Source of the DNA: Nemertoderma westbladi
Lineage: Eukaryota > Animalia > Xenacoelomorpha
Length of the DNA stretch: 35,998 nt
Reading direction: 5' to 3'
Assembly (NCBI GenBank): GCA_032718475.1
Contig: JAUCBJ010007222.1
Location: 1 to 35,998 of the forward strand
Part shown: piece after piece, positions 34,900-35,998 of the stretch
How positions within the stretch are numbered: the first letter of the stretch is position 1
Layout: each line of letters starts with the position of its first letter
Position numbers and translations under genes: made by a program
The notes under the pieces: model-generated
What the model was told of the DNA's origin: nothing
Database searches by the model: none
Seen by the model: the letters and a program-made list of their open reading frames with translations, nothing else

Positions 34900-35998
34900 G
34901 CATTACGAGGTTTAAAGTCAATGGCCATGCCAACCAGTAGTATTGTTGTTTTGTCCAGAATGAAAGATTTTTATAACTCTCTGATCATATTTGAGTGTGA
35001 GGTGATTGTGCGTATGTATTAAATACAGTGGATGTTTTGTGTCTCGGCTAATTTCTATTGTCCTGCACGTTGTAAATGTCACATGTAGTTTGTCTTGGGA
35101 TGTTATTTCTATTTAAATTTATTAGCTTTATGTTTCTGCATTTTTTTGTGGTTAATTGAGTTGTAATGGTTAGAAAATTGTTACTAACTTTGTTGCTTAA
35201 AGTTGATAAATAACGTTTAATGGTAATTTCAATAATTATGAGTAACTTGCTTATCCAATAAGGGCGAAAGAGACAGATTGGTTTCTTTTTGAGCCTTTCT
35301 TCAATAATTATAGTCTCGTTATATTTTTAGATAATACCGAAGTAATGATACGAAGTAAGATTAATTACCGGTATCTAGTCGATTAACATAATTAGATTAA
35401 CCTTGAATAATGGAGTTCGTTTTGAAGTTATGTAATTTTTGTGAAAGTTAGTTAGTTATTTTTTTACTAAACCCTCCTTAATGCTCGTTTATGACTTGGC
35501 CCCCTCTTACATTCACATCCTTTGACTTTTGCAGCCAAAGGCGTAGCTGCAATGCAGCGTTGCGTTTAATCGAATTAGCTTAGGTTAGTTTCCGCAACTG
35601 CATGTACACAGCTTACAAGCAAACGTAATTACAATCGTATTTGCATGGGTCGCGTGTTACTTAGCCTATGTACGGCGGTACGCCTACAATAAATGGGTTT
35701 GGTATTTATCCGTTTATTGTGTTCTTCTCTATTACTATGTCGGTTTTACCGTTTTTGGGACGGTTTTAGCCACTATTTATTTTCCACTTTAAACTAATTA
35801 GTAATAATTATAATTAATAAATAATTATTATTTCTGTAAATTTGTATTATATTTCAATTTCAGCTCCGTTTACATAACTTATTCCAGCAGTTAATATCCT
35901 TTAAAAATATTTAAAGGATATATGGTAAAACAACTCGCTGTTAAAAAGTGGTTAAACCCGAAACAAAATCGAGTTAAAATAACTATATTTTTAATACA

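Overview
AT-rich eukaryotic, very probably invertebrate animal, genomic DNA (spliceosomal introns, BEL/Pao and IS3EU-type elements). 1-~6850: 3' part of a BEL/Pao LTR retrotransposon whose single ORF keeps Gag and protease but has lost RT, most of RNase H and integrase through in-frame deletions. It is followed by a decayed accessory ORF with three CCHC-like knuckles and a candidate PPT/LTR. ~8190-12400: nested non-autonomous TIR elements and a tRNA-derived SINE. 13285-26241: a five-exon Angel-family (CCR4-like EEP) gene of 744 aa as spliced here. It carries a PAM2-like PABP-binding motif, a 4E-BP-like eIF4E-binding motif and a GDxN->GDLS active-site change. Intron 1 holds a foldback element. 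Intron 4 holds an IS3EU-like transposon (6-bp TSD, inverted 22-bp arrays) with a decayed transposase and a convergent HECT E3-ligase C-lobe remnant. 26741-34195: 45-bp satellite with internal higher-order structure. All calls were made by eye; no database searches were run.
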